Shown here: positions 27,030 through 41,645 of the stretch, one piece after another
Numbering within the stretch: position 1 is the first letter of the stretch
Layout: every line of letters begins with the position of its first letter
From: the human T2T-CHM13v2.0 reference genome, Homo sapiens
Reading direction: 5' to 3' (one strand)
Assembly (NCBI RefSeq): GCF_009914755.1
Contig: NC_060927.1
DNA length: 64,000 nt
The notes under the pieces: generated by a model
Seen by the model: the letters and a program-made list of their open reading frames with translations, nothing else
Database searches by the model: none
Told to the model about the DNA's origin: nothing
Program-made: the position numbers and the translations under genes

Positions 27030-27262
27030 TAGGATGGCATAGAGGGCAAAAGTGCAGCTCCCAGGATCAGGCAAACCTGGGTTCAAGTCCTGGCTCTGCC
27101 ACTTGCTGGCTGTGTGACCTTAAGCAAGTTATTTAAACTCTCTGCAGTGTAATTTCCTCATCTATAAAATGGGGATCATTATTTTGAAGAATAAGTGAGC
27201 TAAAGTGCTTAGCATAGTGGCTGATATGTGATAAATGCTCAATGAAACTTAGTTCTTATTAT
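27030..27262 (+). mobile_element. MIR SINE
   Basis: 'acctgggttcaagtcctggctctgccacttgctggctgtgtgaccttaagcaagttattt...tttcctcatctataaaatgggg'. Confidence 0.88.
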
Positions 27263-27516
27263 CACACACACACAATCTTTATAATTAGATTTCAAATGCC
27301 ACAAAGGCAAGTACCAATTCAAATCTGTTTTAAAATGGGAGAAAGACAAGCTGGTGCTCAGAAACCACTCCTTCTCTAGTTCCCACACTGGCCCTGACCC
27401 CATCTTTCACTTCAAGCTTTCTTTTTTTCCCTTCCCATTGAAACTCCAGTATTAAGAATCTATCTATAGCTGACATCCCAAGCTCCCCGAAAACTGTAGT
27501 TAGTTCTCTGTGGCTC

Positions 27517-28612
27517 CAGGTTGAGGTGAGAATACAGGTAAAATACAGGATGCTTATGCACTAATTAGGAATACACACACACACACACTTTTTTGTTTAC
27601 CTGAAATTCCAATTTTTATTTATTTTTTATTATTATACTTTAAGTTCTAGGGTACATGTGCACAACATGCAGGTTTGTTACATATGTATACATGTGCCAT
27701 GTTGGTTTGCTGCACCCATTAACTCGTCTTTACATTAGGTATTTCTCCTAATGCTATCCCTCCCCCTGCCCCCCACCCCATGACAGGCCCCCATGTGTGA
27801 TGTTCCTCGCCTTGTGTCCAGGTGTTCTCAATGTTCAATTCCCACCTATGAGTGAGAACATGTGGTGTTTGGTTTTCTGTCCTTGTGATAGTTTGCTCAG
27901 AATGATGGTTTCCAGCTTCATCCATGTCCCTGCAAAGGACATGAACTCATCCTTTTTTATGGCTGCATAGTATTCCGTGGTATATATGTACCACATTTTC
28001 TTAATCCAGTCTATCACTGATGGACATTTGGGTTGGTTCCAAGTTTTTGCTATTGTGAATAGTGCCGCAATAAACATACTTGTGCATGTGTCTTTATAGT
28101 AGCATGATTTATAATCCTTTGGGTATATACCCAGTAATGGGATCTCTGGGTAAAATGGTATTTCCAGTTCTGGATCCTTGAGGAATTGCCACACTGTCTT
28201 CCACAATGGTTGAACTAGTTTACAGTCCCACCAACAGTGTAAAAGCGTTCCTATTTCTCTACATCCTCTCTAGCATCTGTTGTTTCCTGCCTTTTTAATG
28301 ATTCCCATTCTAACTGGCATGAGATGGTATCTCATTGTGGTTTTGATTTGCATTTCTCTGATGGCCCGTGATGATGTGCATTTTTTCACATGTCTGGTGG
28401 CTGCCTAAATGTCTTCTTTTGAGAAGTATCTGTTCATATCCTTTGCCCACTTTTTGATGGGGTTATTTGGTTTTTTCTTGTAAATTTGTTGAGTTCTTTG
28501 TAGATTCTGGATATTAGCCCTTTGTCAGACGGATAGATTGCAAAAATTTTCTCCCATTTCCAATTTTTAACTGGGTATCCTGTATTTTGATTTGCTAAGC
28601 CTGGCAACCTTA
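27517..28612. mobile_element. MER53-like MITE split by the L1PA insertion
   Basis: Left arm 'aaaatacaggatgc...ttgtttacctgaaattc'; right arm 'ttaactgggtatcctgtatttt...aagcctggcaacc'. Confidence 0.7.
27618..28557 (-). mobile_element. 5'-truncated L1PA5/6-like LINE-1 3' end (~940 bp)
   Basis: Antisense 3'UTR (tattatactttaagttctagggtacatgtgcac); ORF 27835-28206 is the ORF2 C-terminus (…HMFSLIGGN); TSD ttccaattttt at 27607-27617 and 28558-28568. Confidence 0.95.
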
Positions 28613-29029
28613 GGGGGAAAGTGCTCAGGAAGGAACGTCTGGTCTTCCAGCACTATGTCTTGTTTCTCCCACTGGGAAATTCCACTACAACCAAATTTGT
28701 TTGTCTGTGGCCCCCTCACACAAGGCTGAGATTATGTTTGTTATAGTCAACTCAGTTCTTCAGTAAACATTTCTAAATGCAAACAAGCATCAAAACCTTC
28801 TGAGCCCACCTACCGGTTTAACAGACTTCCTGACTTTCTCTCCATTCCCTACTATTAGGATGCCCTGTCCTTATCACACGGGAACACACACACTCACAAA
28901 GGGAAAAATCAATATGATTGATGGGGGGCTACAGTCATTTTTACCATCCCTTCTAATTTTTGACCCTGCATGTGGAATGTGGGTAGAATCTTCACTGGTG
29001 CTTTGTATGTCCAAAAACTCTCTGAGAGA

Positions 29030-30050
<1,021 letters not shown>

Positions 30051-30769
30051 TTAGGGTGTCTCAAACCAGAAGGCGTCAGAAAGATGGTGGATTTGTGCCT
30101 CCTGGTGGGCTGGCAGTGAATAAGCTGTCCAACAATTACAAGCGCCCTCTCTGCAGGGGTCAAGAAAGCAGCTCTGTCCCACATTCCCTGACATAGGACA
30201 GTGTGGCAGTCCTCTTCTACCTGGCACCACTGGTCAGCAGGCTCAGGCAGTGTTTCCAGGGACCACACGCATCCGGCAACAGGTGCAACAGCTCTCTGAG
30301 GGTCCCTCTGGCCCTCTTAGCAGCTGGGCCTCTCAGGGAGTTGTGAAATCTCCCTTCTTCACCCCAGTCTTTGAGAATGGAGAGCCTTCTCTACCTTACT
30401 CACTCCATCCTCACCTGAACCAAACTCCCAGCATCACATCTGCCTTCAGGCTCACCAGCAGGCCCACCCACAACTGCTTGACTCCACCAAGGGAATCATG
30501 ATGGAAAAAGCCTGGAGCACAGGGCTGGGGGCTATCCTCAGGGAACCAGCTTCCCTCATCTTCCACTGCAAATATTACTGTTCTAAACCTCCTCATCACA
30601 AAAGCATAGTTCCTCTGGAATAGCTGTGTGAATAGCTAGCTCCTTTCAAGGCAGTATGGGAGAGCAGAAAATAATCTAAGCTTAGAAACTAAAGACTTGG
30701 GTGTGAGACCCAGCTCTGAGCATTTTGTAAATGTTAAAGTGTTGTGTCACCATGAGTTATCTCTGTAAT

Positions 30770-31195
30770 CATATTACTGAACAAGACTAATTCCAGGCCT
30801 GAGTCCTGTACAGGGCCCTTACAGTGCTCTCCCAGGCAGCAGATATTTTTCTGCAGAGCACTCCATTCAAATTCTTTAGGGAGAGAGAACTATGATAAAT
30901 CAAAGACAAAGTAACAATAGCAGAGCCAACACCATATTTTCATAGCATGTTTATGAGGACATCATATGGAACAGAGCTAAAGGGCTTACTGAAGTCAGGA
31001 TATTTTACGTCTATTGCTTTTGCCTTATCTTCCAGACCTGTCATTCTGACCTGGAGGAAATTAAATTGGTCTGATGTGATTGGCTCCCTGCACAGTCATG
31101 TTGGTTTTCATCCAGTACCCTCTGGTTTTCTGGTATTTGCAAATTAATTATCGGATGATTTGTTGCAATATTTCTCACAGGATAATAGTGCCTGT
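30770..31195 (-). mobile_element. CR1/L3 LINE RT fragment
   Basis: 'ggcttactgaagtcaggatat...tctattgcttttgccttatcttccagacctgtcattctg...ggaaattaaattggtctgatgtgatt'. Confidence 0.7.
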
Positions 31196-31689
31196 CATAG
31201 CACATGACATTTATAATATGTTTTTTAGTTTCTTGGCAAAATGTGCTCAGTAAATGTAAATTATTATTGTTGGTCACTATCAAAGGTGTCGGATGATCAG
31301 GCATGAGAATGAGTGGACAGGTTGGGCTCTCTCTGAGCAGGATATGCCACTTACTAAGTACTCCCTCTAGGAAATGGAACTGCAGAAATTATCCTTATCA
31401 TCATCTAATTTGCAAAACACAGCCACTTTTCCCTTCTTCCTTCCCTGTTCTCACTCACTCCTGTGGTCCACTAGGTAATGTACCTGTCTAGAGAATACTC
31501 CTTTTTTCAGAATGAAGACATCTTTTGAGCACATATGATCATTCGACCCAAGAAAGATGTCAGAAGTGTCTACCTTGCCCCAATACCTGTCAATTCAGAG
31601 ATTCTGGAAGCCAAAGCTGGGGCTCCGAGTCCCAGATACAAATCACAAGCAGAAGTGTGTGTCACCATTTCAGGGTCTGTTATGAAAGA

Positions 31690-31845
31690 GAAAGATAGAA
31701 GTCAGGGGAATGGGGTCCTAGGCTCAATGCCCCACTGGCTGGCTGAAGCAGGTCTACACAAACTCTCAGGACTTCACCTGCCCAGTCAAGGGACTTGACT
31801 AGATGTCCTCAGAGGGTCCTTCCAGAGTGCAGTTCTATTTGATAT
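31690..31845 (+). mobile_element. MIR3-like SINE
   Basis: 3' end 'gacttgactagatgtcctcagagggtccttccag'. Confidence 0.5.
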
Positions 31846-32634
31846 TGAGTTCTTAGCACACAGACATGGCAGATGCACTCTTAGACCAAAGGAGAATCAG
31901 ATTCTCTGACTATTGATTAGAAAGCCCAATGGCCATAACGTCTGGTGGGAAATCCCATGGACTTAGCCAAGGATGGTAGCAAGGATGAATCCCAGGAAAA
32001 TTTTGAGCTAGGCAGTGGAGGTTTTTGGAGCTGCTACTCCCTGCCCTCTCAATTCTTTGTTGGTTCTCTCTCCCTCCTCCACCTTTAGGCCATTGGTGCC
32101 TTTATATTGTCCCCGATGGCCCATGAAATTCCCAACTTAGTATGTCTTCTCTAGGCCATGTTTACTGCTCACATATTTCAAAATCTACCTCCAGCCTTCA
32201 AACTTACCTATCCACTATCCCTATCGAAATATCTCCTTGGTTATTTAAACTCATCAGGAAAACAAAATTGGAAGTCATATATGTATGGCTAATAATGGCT
32301 CATTGCTTTACATTCTAACTGAGATCATGAGGACCTTACAAATGGAGGCCATTTGAGCTCTGTAGCAGAAGTGGTTTGGGAGCCTCTCTAAGCACTCAAA
32401 ACTCAACAGATCAGTTGTAGATATCCTATTTTAATGCATAGCTCATCCTCTCATCAAAGGAAGAGAGCTGGGATGGCATTAAAAAGGTTCAAAACTGAAA
32501 ACTTGCCACACTAAAAGTCAGAAAATGCCTGACTCCACTTTGCACCCTGGGTCCCATGTACTAAAGACAACATGAATGGATTAAGAATAAGTATCTCTCC
32601 CTCAAACAGGCATTTGATGCTCCAGGAAGCTTCA

Positions 32635-32790
32635 AGGTGGCATGATGAGCAGGAGGAGTCCTGGGTTCCACTTATGCACTTGGTGACTTTAGAAAAGGCT
32701 CTTCTCCACTCTGAGCCTGGCTTTTGTACTGAAAATAATAAAAGGTGATCAGGGGGTCTCTGAGGTCCCTTTTAACTCTTAAATATTGTG
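32635..32790 (+). mobile_element. MIR3-like SINE
   Basis: 'ggagtcctgggttc...ctctgagcct...ggtctctgaggtcccttttaactct'. Confidence 0.5.
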
Positions 32791-33419
32791 GTTATCATCT
32801 TTACTTATCTCCTCCAGCATGAAGACACTGTAATGTCTTTATCACCAAATGGATACAGGATTGGGCAGACACCTAGTTAGCATTCACCATTCCTGCTGGC
32901 TAGGGATGAAGGCTTTTATTCCAGATATCCCCTTGTGTTTTCTTTCAAAAGGATGCATCCTGGCCTTTAAGAGCTGGTTCTTGTCCAGAATCACTTCCAA
33001 GGAGCAGGCTGGCCTTCCTCCCCTAGCAGCACTTTGAAATGTAAAATAAAGGTTTGTTCAGTTGTTTTTCACCACCACCAACTTACATTTTGGAGGAATG
33101 GAGCCTAGCTGTTGCATCTGGAAATGTGCTGTGCATCCTAATGATTTCAATGTTCCCACCAGAGGAAGTGTCACCTTCATAACCCCAATTCAGCTAAAAT
33201 TTGCAAGCTGATCAGATAGGAAGTTTTCCTTATGTACACAGCAGGAGGCTCAGTCTAAGCTCCAGAGCTTTCCTGTCTCAGACCCTATGGCCCACTGAGC
33301 TATAGCACAGTCCAACAAAACATCTGCCAGTCACACCACTCATGGCCCAAAAAATGCCACAATGAAGGAAGTGCCCGTGAGGTCTTCACAGAAAGGAACC
33401 TGCCAAATGGTTTCCAGAG

Positions 33420-33585
33420 GAGACAGAAATTCTTGATTCAAATGTAGCTCTGAGATTTACAAACTAGTCACTTAAGCTCCCTGTGCTTCAGTTTCCTTTT
33501 CTGTGAAACAGGTAATAACACCTGTCTTGCCTTTTGCAAGGATCAACTGAGGTGACAGATGTAAAAGAAAACACCTTGTAAACTA
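33420..33585 (+). mobile_element. MIR SINE
   Basis: 'agtcacttaagctccctgtgcttcagtttccttttctgtgaaacagg'. Confidence 0.6.
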
Positions 33586-34700
33586 CGGCTCTTTGGAGGA
33601 AAGTGGCAGCATAATTGTCAAAGAATTGTTTCAAAGTAGACCTGCCAAACTCTCACTCTCCAGAAATCTAACCCAGGGTCCAGAGTAGGTCCTGATCATA
33701 TGTATTCTGAAAAGGTCCCCAGAAGATTCTGATACACTCCCCTGCTGTGTGCTGTGCAGAGGTAAGAGGTGATTGATAGGATGTGGGCTCCATTCCTAAC
33801 CAATATCTGGGTTAGGATACTTATTATATCTAGAGAGAACCATGCAGAAAATGTGAGTATGGACCCAAGGAGTCATGAAGAGTTTTAAAGCTCAGGGACA
33901 GGATCCTGGCCCCCCAAACCCTGAGAGGTAGCTAGGTCATCTGTCCAACTGGGAACAAAGTAGAGTAGGGCACATTTTAAAAAAAATGAGTCAAGAATGG
34001 TATCTAAGGTGAGATGGCAACATGGATGTCCTAGGCTAGACTGAGGTACCAATGAACACAGGTAACTATCAGGGCCTTCTGGGATTTCTTCTCTGTTTCA
34101 CTATCTTGTCCAAGGTTGATCAAATCAGGTATTGACATTCAAGGTCCTAAAACAAAAGTCTATTCACTAAAAGTCAATGGTCAGAACCAGGTGAATCTCT
34201 CTTTGTTCCTTCACCCTGGTCCTGGGGATGGGACTCCTGTAGTGCAGACATGGTAGGGACAGTGGATTAACCACTTCTTGGCTGGTCACAAATTTGAGGC
34301 TTGCTGCTGGGCTCCCAAGTTACTCCCCAGAGAAGGCATCAAAAACAGAGTCCTCCTGCCTGACTGGTCTCTGAATCTCCTTCCTGATGTCAGAGATGCC
34401 TGGGAGTCATCAGCCAGCCAATCCTAGATCAATGATGGCACTCAACCCATCACTGGCCTTGAGTCAAGGCCATGGACTCTTGACTCTTCGTTCACATTGA
34501 CTAACAAATCTCAGCCTGCTCATGTTTTCCCATATTCACGTATACATGAACACAACACAAGACCCATGACAGTCACCTTGCATATCCTGGAGGGTCTTTG
34601 AACCTCTTCTTAGACAAAGGTCCTTCAAACACTTGAGTACCATTGATGGTGAACATATCACTAATGATGTTCAGCCAATGCTTACATGTAATATAACTTC

Positions 34701-35251
34701 TATGACAGTTTTTTTAATAGCCTTGGATCTTTGACATTTCTCTTATTTTAAGGTGGAGTCCATATTCCCTCTTCTTGAATCTGGACAAACTTATGACTGC
34801 TTTGACCAGTAGAGTATGGTAGAAGTGACACTGTATGACTCCCAAAGCTAGGTCAGAAAAAGCCACACAGCTTCCACTTGGAACCCTTGGAACACTCACT
34901 TTGGAGTAAGCTAGCCACCATGTCAAAAGTCTAATACCATAAGATTACCATGCTAGAGAGTTCACATGTGGGCACTCCAGTCAACAGCCCCAGCTGAGCT
35001 CCTAGGCAACAGGAAGCACCAAGTGCAGCTGTGTGAATGAGCCATCTTGCCTGTCTAGCCTTGTCAAGGACTTCAGATGATTCCAGCCCTAGTGAACTTC
35101 TGACAGTAGCCATGTCAGAGATCCCATGAAAGAACTGTCCATCCAAGACCTTCCCAAATTACTGTTCCAGAAAACTGTGAATAAGATAAAGTGGTTACTT
35201 AAGTTGATAAGTTTTGGGATAAGTTCTTACACAGCAAAAGTAAGTGAAAAA
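34701..35251 (+). mobile_element. MLT1H-like MaLR LTR
   Basis: 'cttgaatctgg...tgactgctttgaccagtagagtatggtagaagtgacactgtatgact...cagccccagctgagctc...taagttttgggataagttcttacacagcaa'. Confidence 0.82.
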
Positions 35252-35269
35252 TCTAATTCCAATTTTTTA

Positions 35270-35895
35270 AAATTACAGTGGTGGATATGGGGGGGGGCAC
35301 TTGCTCAGATTATTTGATCCCTACATAGTCAGGCATTCTCATTCTCTGTGAATAGGAATAAAACTTGGTAAAAAATCTTCCTGGAAGCAATTTCGACAAT
35401 ACCGAGTTAGAGCTTTAAGCCATGCATGGCCTTTCACCTCTCAATTGCAATTCTAGGAATCCGCTCTAGTGAACTGATTACAGATATATACAAATAATTC
35501 TCTGTATCAGCTCCCAGGATACTGATGAGTGTTATCTGTAACATTAAAAGATTGGGAATAACCTAAATGTCCTACTGAGGCATTTGTTAAATAAACTATG
35601 ATATAGTCACACAAGAAAACAATTTATACCCATTTCAAACCATATTTTTGAAGTATATTTGATGGCAAAATCTTCATGATCTATTGCTAAATAAAAATTG
35701 AGAATATAAATGGTATTTCCCTTATATTAGAAATACATATATAAAGAAGGAAAAGCTCAAATTATAAAAGTGGTAATGTCTAAATAGTACTATGGCTCAA
35801 AGTTTTTATTTCCTCCTATAGGTTTTTTTCCATGTTTTTTACATTTTCTATAACCAACACCCATTACTTTTATAACCAGTAAAAAGGATATTTTA
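35270..35895 (+). mobile_element. L1ME-like 3' end
   Basis: 'cttcctggaagcaattt...tctaggaat...attgggaataacctaaatgtcc...ttgttaaataaactatgatatagtcac'. Confidence 0.7.
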
Positions 35896-36315
35896 AAGAG
35901 AAAGAAAAAAATGTGACACCCAAACCGCCAAGAATGTGAAAAGAGTCTGTGTTCCCAAGCATCAGCCACTTCTGGAGGGCTAAAAGGATCGTCAATCACA
36001 GCTACAGAGCCAAGGCAGAGTCCCCAGTGCCTCATAAGACTGTGAGAATCTAAACTTCCTAGTGGACAAGAAGCAAAGTGAGTTCTGCAGAGGAGGAGAA
36101 AGAGCACATGGAGCTTAGCTGGGAAACTGGAGGCCCAGAGAGTAAAGATCAGAAACCAAAAGTTAAAGTACAGTTTACTATAGAATCACAGGAGAGTAAT
36201 CATTAAGTGTGTGCCCATATATGGGGGTAGGATGGAAGGAGTGTGAGCAGGAGCCATTGATTAGGAGCTCCTGGAATCTCCTTGAGGACTTGCATCAGCA
36301 AAATGCAAGCTCTAG

Positions 36316-36507
36316 GGCTGCACTATCCAATATGGTAACCACTAGCCACATGAGTTACCTAAATTTAAATTAATTAAAATCAAATAAAATTTAAAACTCA
36401 GTTCTGTGACATTAGCAACATTTCAAGTGGTTAATGGTTATCATATTGGACACAGCAGGACAGAACTTTTCCATCATTGCAGAAAATGTTCTGATGGACA
36501 GAGCTGC
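36316..36507. mobile_element. MER3 (hAT-Charlie MITE)
   Basis: 'ctatccaatatggtaaccactagccacatg...catttcaagtg...catattggacacagc...gaacttttccatcattgcagaaa'. Confidence 0.82.
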
Positions 36508-36559
36508 TCCAGGGAGTTGCTCAACTTGGATTCTTAGATTTCTGGAGAGCTAACAATGA

Positions 36560-36800
36560 ATAGCGTAAAGATGGAAGTGGGAGTCAACAGACCAATTGAA
36601 ACCCAACTCTCACATTTATCAGATGTGAGATCTTAGACCCATTGTTCAGGACTCTCTAAGTGTCAGTTTTCTTATCCATAAAATGAGAATAATAATACCT
36701 ACCTTATAGGGAGGTGAAAAAGATTAAATAATTCAAAGAGTACAAACCACCAGATCAGAGCTTACATATGGTACGTGCTTAAAAATCACTTGCTGTTATA
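36560..36800 (+). mobile_element. MIR SINE
   Basis: 'ggagtcaacagacc...ctctaagtgtcagttttcttatccataaaatgagaataataatacctacc'. Confidence 0.75.
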
Positions 36801-39800
36801 CTAATGAGGATCCATGGGGTCTTTAAAAGCCAAGGGCAAATCAGAATACCCAAACCAAACAGACCCTACTCAGAACCCAAGAACCTTTGCACCCAGACTC
36901 AGCCTAAAAATAAAAGGCTCTTTAGCCTTTCTTAAGGTTCTTTTAAGGTCATCTGGCCTCATACCTCATGTAAGCCCAGGCTGATGAACATCTAAGGAAG
37001 CAGGTTGAAAGATGCCCAGGAGCTTGGTAGCCATCATTTTTCCCAGCAACAGAGCTTCTCAGTCCCACCCTCCAGATGAGAAAAATGGAGCTCAATGAGG
37101 TTATCAGCAGTGCAGCTGGGACTCAAGCCAGGTGTCAGGTGCCCCATGCATACCCTGTCACCTGCTAAAATGTCTTACCATGGTGGCATGCAGGAGACTT
37201 TCTGAATCACCGTCTAAACCCCTCCTTGGGCAGGAAAAGCCTGTCATGGGGGGATGAGAGGAGAATGGAAGCCTCATCTTGGGAAGGTGGGCAGCAGAAC
37301 TCCTGCTATTCATCCAGATGCATGAAGAACTCAGTGCAAGCCAACAGGGGTTATACAGAGGACACAGAAAGCACTTCTGGACATCACTTAATGGGGAAAG
37401 AAAAAGAGAAACACAACACGCAGCTCATGGAAATGGACCGTATGTCTACTCCAATCAGGATTGAGCACTGACCTCCGGAAGGAGGAACAAGGAAGAATTG
37501 GCCTTCCAGGGGAGGGCAGCAGGTATAAACACAAGCAATGCTATTCCTGTTCAATTCTTACATAAAGCACAGTTACGGAGTGAAGGAGCCAATTTCGGCA
37601 TGACAGGAGTAGGCATAAAAAGGATATGTGGAAACATACGCTTTTCCCCAGCATGGCATAACCACGTTATTACTAGATGAAGTGCTTGAATGGGTGCCGC
37701 GGCTAATTAACAGTGGCCCCCTTAAAAAGAGAACTCTGCTTATTTTTATGGATGCGCTGAGCACAACTAGCAGGATTTAAAATCAGGCTCTCCCTACTCA
37801 TCTATTTTTCTCTATAACTTGACCACGTTTTCCCTGGGTTCCAGACAAATGAAATGCTTATTTAGAAACTGTGGCCATCTGCAGCTGGTACTGCCACGTT
37901 TGTTTCTGCTCCCTGCCTGAGGGTTGATGAGGTTCTGGGGCATGGAAAATTTCCTAGGATGCCTGGGCCTAGGAGCCCAGTTGTGTGAGAAGGGAGACTC
38001 TGGGAAGAGAGGTTGAGCTTGAGCAAAGGGGCCGGCTCCCAGCTTCTCCATCAGGAAATCCTGACAGCTGGTACACTGGCAGCCTCACCTGCCACTAGGG
38101 CACATCAGCCCATGCAGGGAAATGGCAAGCCTCTCTCCAGCACCATAGGCAGGGACTCTGCATGCTGGTGACTCTAAAAGCTCACGGTACCACTCCCATC
38201 TGCTCCCCACCTCACTGTCTCCATCCATACAGAGGAGAACGCCAATCTGTGCTACTTCTTCCTTGCTGCTTTAGTGCTTGCTCCGGGATGGTTTCCCTCC
38301 ATTTACCCATGTGATTAGAAGAAATCAGGTGCATTACATTCCCCTCAATTAATAAAGTCGGCTCCAGGACCCCCCTGCCACTGTGCCTCCTTGCACACTC
38401 TCCTGATACCTGTTCCCCCTCCCCCAGCATTGGCAGCCACAGATCCGAGACCTGTCCACAGTGATGGCAGTTATAAACAGCTGGCAGAGAATGTGCAGCC
38501 TCAGCCTTGGATGATCCCTGTGGATGGCAGGCTCCTCATTAATGCTGTTCTCACAATGGTTTGACCTGCTGGGCTCCCTCCCCAAGCCCACCTCAGCCAA
38601 CTTGATTTTCTTGGTTTCTAGTCACTTTTCTTCCCTCCCAGTTCTAGATTCTCTTTATGTATGATAACAATAAAACATTAACTCCCTTCCCCGCCTGACC
38701 TCTCCAAGTAACCACATCCTCAATTCTATTCCATAAGCATATGATGTGGGCCTACTTTGTGCCTGGCATTGTCTAGGCCATCCATCCTCCCACTTGGCTC
38801 CATCAGGGCCAGAACCCTGCCTGTGCTGTTCCTCATGTCTCCCAATATCTGGCAAAGGCTGGTACTTGACAAGTGTTCGTGGAACAGATGAATTGTCTGC
38901 TTAAGAGGAAACAGCCGTTCAAACAACCAATAAAACACAATGTGATTGGTGCTATAAAAAAGGTGAATACAAAGTCCTTTGGGAACTCAGAATTAGAAAA
39001 GAGAGCAATTCATTGTGCCTGGGTAGAGGGCACCAATTTTGCAAAGGCATGACTGTGTAAGTGTGTGGTGAGGCTGAGGAGGTGACCAGATCTGCTGCCC
39101 ATATTCTTGCTCAACAACAAAGTGACGAGGACACAGAGGGGCTGACAAGACAACTCTATGTGGGGGTCAATGAAGAAATCAGCTGGTCAAGCTGGTCCTG
39201 CTTCCTGATGAGCACTTCTCAGGAAGTCCAGTCTCTGAGCCTACTCTGTTGGGTTCCTGGGACAGGCTCTCAGGACACAAGGGGAACCAGACAAGTCCCT
39301 CTCCTCAAGGAGCTTGCTGCCAAATGAGGGAGAAAGACTGATGGGCAATTACAGTGTGAGAAGGATGTCTGATGCCCTGCCATCCCTGGGCACATGGGCT
39401 ACATTGGATCCAACTGCTAAGAGCTCTGAGGTGGCAGGAATACCAGGCATGGGGGGGTGCACAGCACTCAAGACATTAGTTTGTTCTTAGAAGGACTGAA
39501 AAGGCCAGAGAAGGGATGGAAGACATGGCCAAGAAAAGCTCAGGTCTCACTGCCACCAGGGAACGGCCTCTGATGCTCTGGATAGGCTGGGCTCCCCAAA
39601 CCTCAAACCAAAACTCGTCACTGAGGTGACCCACCTTCTGCATGAAGGCTGGCCCGTCTGCTGGGTACCAGGTGATCCCTTCTCACTCCCCTTCCCTTTC
39701 ACCCAAAGTGAAAGGGTACCAGGTGATCCCTTTCATCCATTCCTTCTTCCCAGTCTTATCCCTCCTGGAAAAAAGAGGCAAAGTAGAAAGAGAAAAGAAA

Positions 39801-39904
39801 AAAACACATCGGGAGAAAAGATAGAGCAGCGAAGAAATGAGAGAGCAAAGAGAGATGGTAACATGATGAAGGCCACTTAGTTCTAAATCAGTGATAAACC
39901 TTGG

Positions 39905-40504
39905 TTTTTACAAGGGCACGGCTAGATCCTCGTGCCAGGCAGGGTGTCAGAGCCCTGGCATTGGGAAGTGATCCAACTCGTGGCTTGGTAAAAAGAATTT
40001 ACCAACAATAGTATAGGTTTGAAAAAGGAAAGTTTACTAGGAAGGAAGAACGCTGCAAAAGGGTGCAGCGGGTCGCCTCGGCAACAGAAGACAGAGCAAG
40101 CCGCAGTGGATTTTTCCTTGGAAGCATTTATGGACCTTAAGGCATGAGCTTAAGGGTAATTTGGATTATATTAGTCACGTAGGTCATGATAAATGACATT
40201 GTAGACATATTGGTGCCTTAATATCAGCAAAGGTTGCAGATTGAGTTTTAGCGTGGCATTCCAGAGATGTATAGAAATTCTAATTCTTATAAATTTTGGA
40301 GAGGGAAAGAAATCTAGAACCAGATGCCTGTTTTAGATAATAAGGAAGTCTAATTACTTCTAATTTCCCCAGGTAATGAGTTTCATCTCCGGATGGCCTG
40401 TTTGATAGTCACTAGGTGGTTTTTAGTTCCTTCTAAATTCCTCAGATGAGGCGTTTTTTCTCCGGGGCCTGTTCAATGGTCACTAGGTGATTTTGCTTTC
40501 CTCA
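39905..40504 (-). mobile_element. ERV1-class solo LTR (MER84/LTR38-like)
   Basis: Reverse complement begins TGAGGAAAGCAAAATCACCTAGTGACCATTGAACAGGCC; internal ~71-bp tandem duplication; left boundary approximate. Confidence 0.7.
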
Positions 40505-41489
40505 CCTAGTGATCTCTGCTCCAGGGCCAGGCTTGGAAAGAACCTGCCAAAGGGCCCTGGCAAAGACTAAGACCATTGTCCCAGGCTCTTGCCCTCAACA
40601 CCACAGCCCTCCTTCCCAACACAGCTCATGCTCTGAACCCAGAGTATCAGCCAGCTAGGAGGGGGGCTGATTAACAGTGGCTGCTTTGGATTTCCCCCCG
40701 CATCAGGTGCCCATCCTGCACTAGAATTCTAGTGAGGTTACTGGTCTCACCTGACTCTGAAGAAGGGCATGGGAGGATTCAGAGGTCCAACAGTTTACTG
40801 GCTTCCCCCCTGATTCAGACGATTCTGCACTTCAAATTGCTTTGGTTCAAACTCCTTATGATTTTTCTGGGCTGCTGGGAGGAGAGTGTATTGATTCTGT
40901 GTTCTGATAAGGTCAGCAGTGATCAGCTCTGACAGTCAAGCGGATGGCCTGTCCCCTTCCCCCTCCGCTAGATGTGGCTCCACATGCAGAAGAGGAGGGA
41001 AAGAAACAAAGACGGGGGAGGAGGAGACAGCGTCCTTTGTCTTACTGGTTCTGAAAACCTCTTTAAGCCCCATCAGCAGAAGTGGGCTCGTCTCGGATTG
41101 CCGTCTAGGAGGAGAAGTATGGGCACACTTGATCTTTTCTGTGTGTAGCTTCATTTTCCTTTTCCTCTGTGTGTGGCTGCCCTGAAGCCTAATCTCATGG
41201 ATGGTGACTCATTTTCCTCCAAAGAACCAATTAACTTCCATGTAACATCCACAGACTCACAATGACACTGATTAACGTTCAGAACCTGTAGGATTGCTCA
41301 GACTGAGATGGTTAGGCAGGCATAGAGAAGGCCCCTCTGAGGTTTCATACAGTTGATCTGAACTCGATGAGGAAAGTGCTTGGATCCTTCTCACTTTTCT
41401 GAGGCCATGGGAGGGCAGGCTGCCTGGATCTCCCTCCCCAGAAAGAGTTCACAGCTCCCCACAAGTGGCAGGCATGTTCCCAATCCAAA

Positions 41490-41645
41490 CTTGCCAGCCA
41501 AGGGTTCATACTCCTTGGAGATTTCCCATATAGTATGTGAAACACTGTGTAAATGTATATGTGGATGTTTTCTAGAGAGGAGGGCCAGGACTTTCATCCA
41601 ATTCTCCAAAAGATCCATGAGCCAAGGGAGGATAAGAATTATTGT
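41490..41645. mobile_element. Degenerate hAT-Charlie MITE relic
   Basis: 'ttttctagagaggagggccaggactttcatccaattctccaaaagatccatgag...aagaattattg'; similar relic at ~45930-46116. Confidence 0.45.

Noticed and set aside
27758-27790. G-quadruplex-like C runs
   Set aside because: This is the standard L1PA 3'UTR polypurine tract.
40370-40500. ~71-bp tandem duplication
   Set aside because: It lies inside an ERV1 LTR and is probably part of that family's consensus.
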